DNA of 64,000 nt from the human T2T-CHM13v2.0 reference genome, Homo sapiens, in the NCBI RefSeq assembly GCF_009914755.1, contig NC_060935.1. One strand, 5' to 3'. The notes under the pieces are model-generated. The model was not told the origin of the DNA and did no database searches. It worked only from the letters and a program-made list of their open reading frames with translations. The position numbers were made by a program, and so were the translations under genes. Of this stretch, positions 46,166 to 64,000 are shown in pieces (within the stretch, counting starts at the first letter, position 1; each line of letters opens with the position of its first letter).

Positions 46166-47796
46166 AACAAAGAAGTCCCCAGATGACACTGACATGCAGC
46201 CAGAGCTGAGGGCCACTGGGATCAGGACTCCCAGGGTAGCTGGCGCTTGGTGAGTTTCATTCCTGTTTTCCCAGCGCTGCCTCTGCCAGGCCTCAGGCAT
46301 GAGCCCACCTGTCTACAACCCCTCTGCTGCCTCAGCCTCCTCCAACCTGGAGATCAGGAGTCCCCTCCAGAGGCTACCTTGCCTGTAGTTCTGCTCTTGG
46401 CTGCCTTGTCCTCACTGAGGCTCCGGGAGACAGTCCCGGACAGACACCACGTGTTTCTTCTTCACATTGCCAGCACCCGGAAAAGTGCCTGGCACTTGGC
46501 GAGCTGTGCCCTTACCTGGGCGCTACTGACAATGGCTACACCTTGGCCTGGAAGTAGAGGCAGCAATCACTGCCCCATTCAACAGAGGAGAAAACAGAGA
46601 AACCCCTCTAACGCCCCCAGCTAAGTGGCTCTGGCCCTGGAGGGGGCGGCCATGCCCTTCACCTGTGGTGGGGGCGCTACTCCTCAAAAGACCTCGCAGC
46701 CGCCAAGAGCTGGAGCCGAGGCCTCAGAAATGCCCAAAGCCCCCTCAGTAGGCTGGGGGCTCAGCCTGTGGGGCATTAACAAAGTGGGGCCCTGGAGACA
46801 TCCAAGAGAGGTGGCTGGTTTCTCCTGGTATATGGAGAACAGAAAACACCCATGGCGTACTCCACACAAGAGGGGTGCGCAGACAGGGAGTGCCTTTGCA
46901 AGCTTCCCGGCCTCAGAAAGAAGGCATCTGGAAGACTGTACCCCAAATGTTGTAGGGATTTGAGAGGTAGGGCACGGGGTCTTTCAGTTTCTACTTTATA
47001 TTGGAAGTTTTCCGTATTATTTATTTTTAAATAATGAATACATGACGTTTTTATAGTAAAGACACCAAAGATTGCTCTTTGGGGAAAAACAGGAAGATGT
47101 AAATCTGGCTCTTACAGCTGAACAGAGCTTTCATGTACAGAAAAGAAACACTTTCCACAGGCAAACTAATATTATACAAGAAAAGTGTCCACCCCACGTT
47201 GTTCCAGAAGGATCTGCTGCAGCCTGACAGCAAGAGATTGCAGGGTAGGGAGGTGCTGGGGTCCTCTTGGGGGCCAAGCCAATGGCCTGGGCCCAGCCAG
47301 CCTATTGTCACTGCAGGCCCTCGGACCCAGCCTGGGGAGACTGGAGGAAGTCAGGGAAGGGCAGAGAGAAGGCGCACCAGGCAGTGGGCCCTCAGAACGG
47401 GGAAACTCCAGGCAGAAAAGCGGCCCAGAATCACTCTGAATTGGGGGGCGTGAAACAGGGGCCACAGCCTGGCCCTACTGCAGTCCAGGTGGAGCCAGGC
47501 CTTCACCAGCTGTGGGGACCAGGCGTGCCCCTGGCAATCTGGATACGTTTTTGTGCAGCCACCACTGGAAATGGGGCACACGCCACTCCTTCTTGCCTCC
47601 TTGGATGGCACCGCGGCTTTGGGCCAACCTCCGCTCACCCCAGTGGTGGCAGCTAAAGACAAGGGTATTTCCTCATGGCCCAGTTGTCAGGATATTTGAT
47701 ACATGGTTTCCAGCACAGGCCAGTAAAGAGGATACACTGTGGAAGGGATTGCTGCTGCTGCAGTGCCGGCTGCACTTCATCAGTTTCCTTGGCTAA

Positions 47797-48230
<434 letters not shown>

Positions 48231-48499
48231 CCCCTTTGAAATGTCTTTACAGCAGGTTTGTTCAAATCCTTCAAAGATTATCCCTCAAACCTGGTGGTTT
48301 TGTTTCTCGAGTCTCTCCCAGTCCTTCTCTTCTGCCCTATTCTGCTCCCTTTGACGCAGACGTATTGAAGATGCCAGCCGGGCATCTGGCAGAATGCCCC
48401 ACCTTCTGCACAAATGTGGTGGCTGCTTCATGGCCTCACCTGCATTCTCCCTCTGTTCCCAGTATTTCCTGCAGACAGGAAGTGAGCTGGACAGCCTTG

Positions 48500-48650
48500 C
48501 TCCTGAGGGGGCTGTAGCCCGGCAGCACAGGCCACAGCTGGGAGACTGCAGGAATGCAGAATCTTGGGCTCCTCCTAGACCTGAACTGAAATTTGTGTTA
48601 ACAAGCAACCCTGGGCAGTTTATACGCACATTCAAGGTTAAGGAGCCCTA
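48500..48650. mobile_element. MER5A-like remnant
   Basis: aatgcagaatcttgggc...agacctgaactga...taacaag...gcacattcaaggtt. Confidence 0.6.
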
Positions 48651-49134
48651 GCCTAAAAGCTGCATTCAATACTGACTTATACTTTTAGAGGAAATCCTTC
48701 TTTTTGTTGGGGGGCTGACAGCCAGGGCCCAACATCAGAAAGTAACACGTATCCCCTCCTGGAAACCTACAAGTTACTCACAAGGTGACACTTTGGCATC
48801 AAATTATCCAGCACCTACCAGCTTTCATCCAGGGGTCTCAGCATCCGCGGTCAGCCCCTGCCTGAATCAATGACTTCATTCGGGGTTGCAGAATGGAGAT
48901 GTCTGATCCTGGTGCTTCTTCCCTTAGCTGGCATCTTTGGGGGAAAGAACAACTTTCCCCTTTCAGCTAGGGCCATTTGGTGGCCCTGAAATATACTTCC
49001 CATGCAAGGTAAAATACTTGCTTCTGTCACTAATGAGTAACTCTACAGAAAGGAGCTGACACAGGCCACCTCCAGTAACGACAATATGTTTTAGCTTTCT
49101 CTAGTTTTGAGAATAAATACAGATGCCTGGGGTT

Positions 49135-49368
49135 TTTTTTTGTTTGTTTGTTTGTTTTTGTTTTTTGTTTTGAGACAGAGTCTTGCTCTGCCATCCAGAC
49201 TGGAGTGCAGTGGTATGATTGCAGCTCACTTGCAGCCTCCACCTCCCATGCTCAGGCAATCCTTCAACCTCAGCCTCCTGAGTAGCTGGGATCACAAGTG
49301 CGCCACTACACCGGCTAATTTTTTTGACTTTTAGTAGAGACAGGGTCTCGCTATGTTGCCCTGGCTGG
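49135..49368 (-). mobile_element. AluJ, partial
   Basis: Antisense Alu. Confidence 0.82.
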
Positions 49369-50147
49369 AATCATTCTTTTCAATGCTCAAATTGTCCCAA
49401 ACTTAGCCAGTAGGAGCTCCTGAAGCCTTAAAGTAATTATAGGTTTCCAGAAAACTGCACAGTTTGTTTCCTGATGGTCACACCTTGCCTGGCCAGAGTT
49501 CAAGATCAACACAGGAGACTGACATTGGTACAATGTGTGTGACTCTACGTTGTGCTATCACATATGCAGATTTGTGTGATCACCATGGAAACAAGAACAC
49601 AGAAGTGCCCTCCCCACCAACCCCACCTCCTACTGTCCCTGTGCAGTCACTCCCCTCCACCTGCCCCCCCCCCCCACCATCTTTAACCCCAGCTACCACC
49701 ATCTGTTCTCTATTCCTACTTGAGAATGTTATCTACGTGGAATCACATGGCATGCAACCTTTCAGGGGTGGCTTTTCCAAACCCAGCAGAATGCCCCTGA
49801 CACATACCACCCAGCTGCTATGTGTCACTACCTTGTCCAGTGTCCTCCTGACCTGACTTCTTGGTGTTCGAAAGCTCCCCTTTTGGGGCACAAGAGTGCC
49901 TGGGCTCAGCTACTCCTGCTGCTGCAGACCTGGAACTGGCCATTTCTCCAGGGGGTGGGATGGGGTTTAGAGCCCCAGATCGGGGCTGGGGCTGCTCAGT
50001 GCCACCAGGGCTGCCTTGCTTCTCCACCCTTCCCATCTACACAGTCAGGAAACAATCTACTTTTTAAAATCACAAGTTACTTCATATTGTTTTTTCTAAT
50101 TCGTATTTAATAGTAAAGTGATTTTCCTTGACTTCTTTGATATTTTA

Positions 50148-50588
<441 letters not shown>

Positions 50589-50644
50589 TCAGAAAGTTGA
50601 AGTTCTTTTCTTGAGGTTGCCAATTTGATTTATGTTTTTGTGCC

Positions 50645-51140
50645 AGATGGTACTTTCTGAAATAGCTGCAGTAGTATTTCCCATCCCTTCTGGAACCCAG
50701 TAATGCCCACCACAGGGTAGTGTCTATGCCTCCCCCTCCGCATGAACGTGGGTGGGCCTTGTGACGGCCTCCGCTAGGGAGGACAGTGGAAGTCAGGACA
50801 TGACCTCCGAGGTTAGATCCTAAAAGGCCATATAGCTCCTGTCTCTCTCTCTCTCAGGACTCGCACCTTTGGAGCTATAGGCTGTTGCAACAGAAATCAG
50901 CCACCGTGAAGCCGCCAAGCTGGAGAGATCACACACAGGTCTCACAGAGGTAAAAGGTGCCCAAGCAGCCCTAGTGTGGGACCCAGGCACAAACTTAGAG
51001 ATGACCCCATCTGCCTGCAACTGAAAACCAATCAACTGAGCCCAGTCAATCCAGAGCCATGAGTTATTAACATGATCATTGTTGTTTTCAGCCATGAAGT
51101 TTTGGGGTGATTTGTTAAGTGGCAACAGATAACTGGAACA
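50645..51140 (+). mobile_element. MLT1-type MaLR solo LTR
   Basis: ggttagatcctaaaaggcc ... gttgttttcagccatgaagttttggggtgatttgtta...agataactggaaca, typical of an MLT1 3' end. Confidence 0.7.
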
Positions 51141-52177
51141 TGTTTGTTTTACTTTGTTTGGGGGACTTTTCTTTCTTGCTGGTTTAAATTTTTTTATATA
51201 TAAAATACTGACAAGGTTCAAAGTCAGGCCTATCAATACCCAGAGACTGTCCTCATTGATTTATAACCTTAGTGCTCCCTGCATAATTGGGTGGGTGCTC
51301 TCAAGCTGTGCCAAGCACCCTGCTGATGCACAGACAGGCTGGTTCCAGCCTTTTGCTGTGTCACACACTACTGCAGTAAACAGCATGCGCATGCAGAGGG
51401 CAAGGACAAAGAATTGGCGCACCCACAACCCAACACTGCCACACTCCCCATGCTGAGGCTGCTGCCACCATCCACATGCACTGGATGGAGTGTCCCCCCC
51501 TGGATGTCCACAGCACCAATGACTGTCTTTTGTCCCGATGGATATGGCCTGGCACCAGCTTCCGCAGGCATGAAGCAGGCTGTGGTTTCTGCTTACGCCC
51601 TCCTCAGCCAAGGATGGGTAAGCACCTTCGCGTCTGGGTGGTGATTCTTAGTCCAGGTGAACCAGGTGTGGAGGCAGGGTGGCAAGGACAACACTGGGCA
51701 CTGGGGACAAGAAGGCCCCTGCTGTGTTGAGACCACCCCCACAACTCACTCATTAGCCATGCAGATCCTGGACTTGCTGTCTCCAGCGGCAGTTCTGGGC
51801 AGCTCGCCAGGGGCCTGCCTGCTGAGCCACTCGCTGTGCTGCTGCCCAGTATGGAACGGCTCTAGGAAAACCTGCAGTGTGTTTATTCATCAGAACCCGA
51901 GGGCAGACTGAGCGGCCTTTGTCTAGGGCTCAGCAGGCTCTGCCAGTCTGAGCCTGTCTTTTTCCTACTCAAATACCTCCCAATGTGCCCACACACCAGA
52001 GATTAGCCGATAGCCATCAGCATGGGGGAGAAATTCCTCGGCCAGCTGAAGCAGCTCAACTGACCCAAGCACCTAAGTTGTGACCTGCTGACCAAGCGGC
52101 CCTGGCTGGCCACCAGGCCTCCTGCCAAGTGCTGAACATGCAGAACAAGACAGAGAGGGTCTCACTGTTGAGAAAAA

Positions 52178-52183
52178 TTTATT
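52178..52183 (-). terminator. CARS1 poly(A) signal AATAAA
   Basis: Plus tttatt ~165 nt past the stop, followed on minus by U/GU-rich ctctctgtcttgttctg. Confidence 0.85.
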
Positions 52184-52346
52184 ATCAATGTCTCAGAGCC
52201 AACGACGACACGAACCTACATGAACACAACTCTTAATTTAGGACCCAAGGGTGACTGTAAACATGATAGGAGCGCTGGGACATTGTCACTGAGGCAGACA
52301 GCAGCCACTAGTCCACAATGGTTTAAAAAGTCAGTCCTGTGCCCCC

Positions 52347-63540
<11,194 letters not shown>

Positions 63541-64000
63541 TCACACTCCCATATTCATAACAGAATAATAGCTCAGTGGCCGCGACACAGGTCAGGGACT
63601 GGCATGGGCAGTGCTGCTGTGCACACTACAGCTGTGACCGGCATCCCAGAGCCTGGACGCTCTCGTCCCTGACACACAGTCCCTGCTAGGTGTGCGAGTC
63701 ACACAGACTCTCAGGCCAGAGAGCATGAAGTGAGCTTCCTTTCTACTGCAGCAGGTGGGTCTGCCGCCGCTCTGCCCAGCTGCTGACAGGCCCTGCTTTC
63801 CTCAGGTCAGACACGCTGCTGTGAAACAGCTTGTCTTTATGGTTTCAGAGGGGCCAGCTCTGGGAGGGACTATTTCCTAAGGAGCCCAAGGACATCACTC
63901 CCCAGGCTGGGGCCTTACCTATGCTGAGGCTGGCGGCTCCCGGGCCGTGCTTTCGTCTGATCTGTGGTCACACATACACTTGTTTAAGATGAATGATCTC

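Noticed and set aside
51383-51394. Palindrome gcatgcgcatgc resembling an NRF1 site
   Set aside because: Isolated motif in apparently repeat-derived, non-CpG-island DNA; not supportable without binding data.

Overview
Human (or very closely related great-ape) genomic DNA, recognisable as the 11p15 NAP1L4/CARS1 locus. Both genes are on the minus strand. The NAP1L4 coding sequence is complete: 14 coding exons, each read by hand with splice sites, join into 1128 nt (375 aa + stop, MADHSFSDGV...DAEINPKV*). It has a non-coding first exon in a CpG-island promoter (~43.0-44.35 kb) and the H/ACA snoRNA SNORA54 in intron 8. The last six coding exons of CARS1 (cytoplasmic cysteinyl-tRNA synthetase, 169 aa + stop) and its poly(A) signal lie at 52.2-63.5 kb. 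The rest is intron or intergenic DNA with ~35 Alus plus L1, L2, MIR, MER/Tigger and MLT1 remnants. Almost all ORFs in the supplied track are Alu-derived or chance ORFs. I found no convincing new gene or new biological system. The most interesting signals are in RNA processing and local rearrangement: (1) a 38-nt 'Val-stop' exon that can switch the NAP1L4 C-terminus and has both a donor and a poly(A) signal; (2) an exact 8-nt duplication that gives a CARS1 exon two identical donors and a frameshifted C-terminus; (3) a GC-AG intron in front of a 23-nt microexon; (4) a ~940-bp local copy-paste duplication that splits a MIR element; (5) two Alus inserted head-to-head at one TTTAAAA site; (6) inverted Alus around exons. 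Repeat family names come from recall of consensus sequences, and repeat boundaries are approximate.
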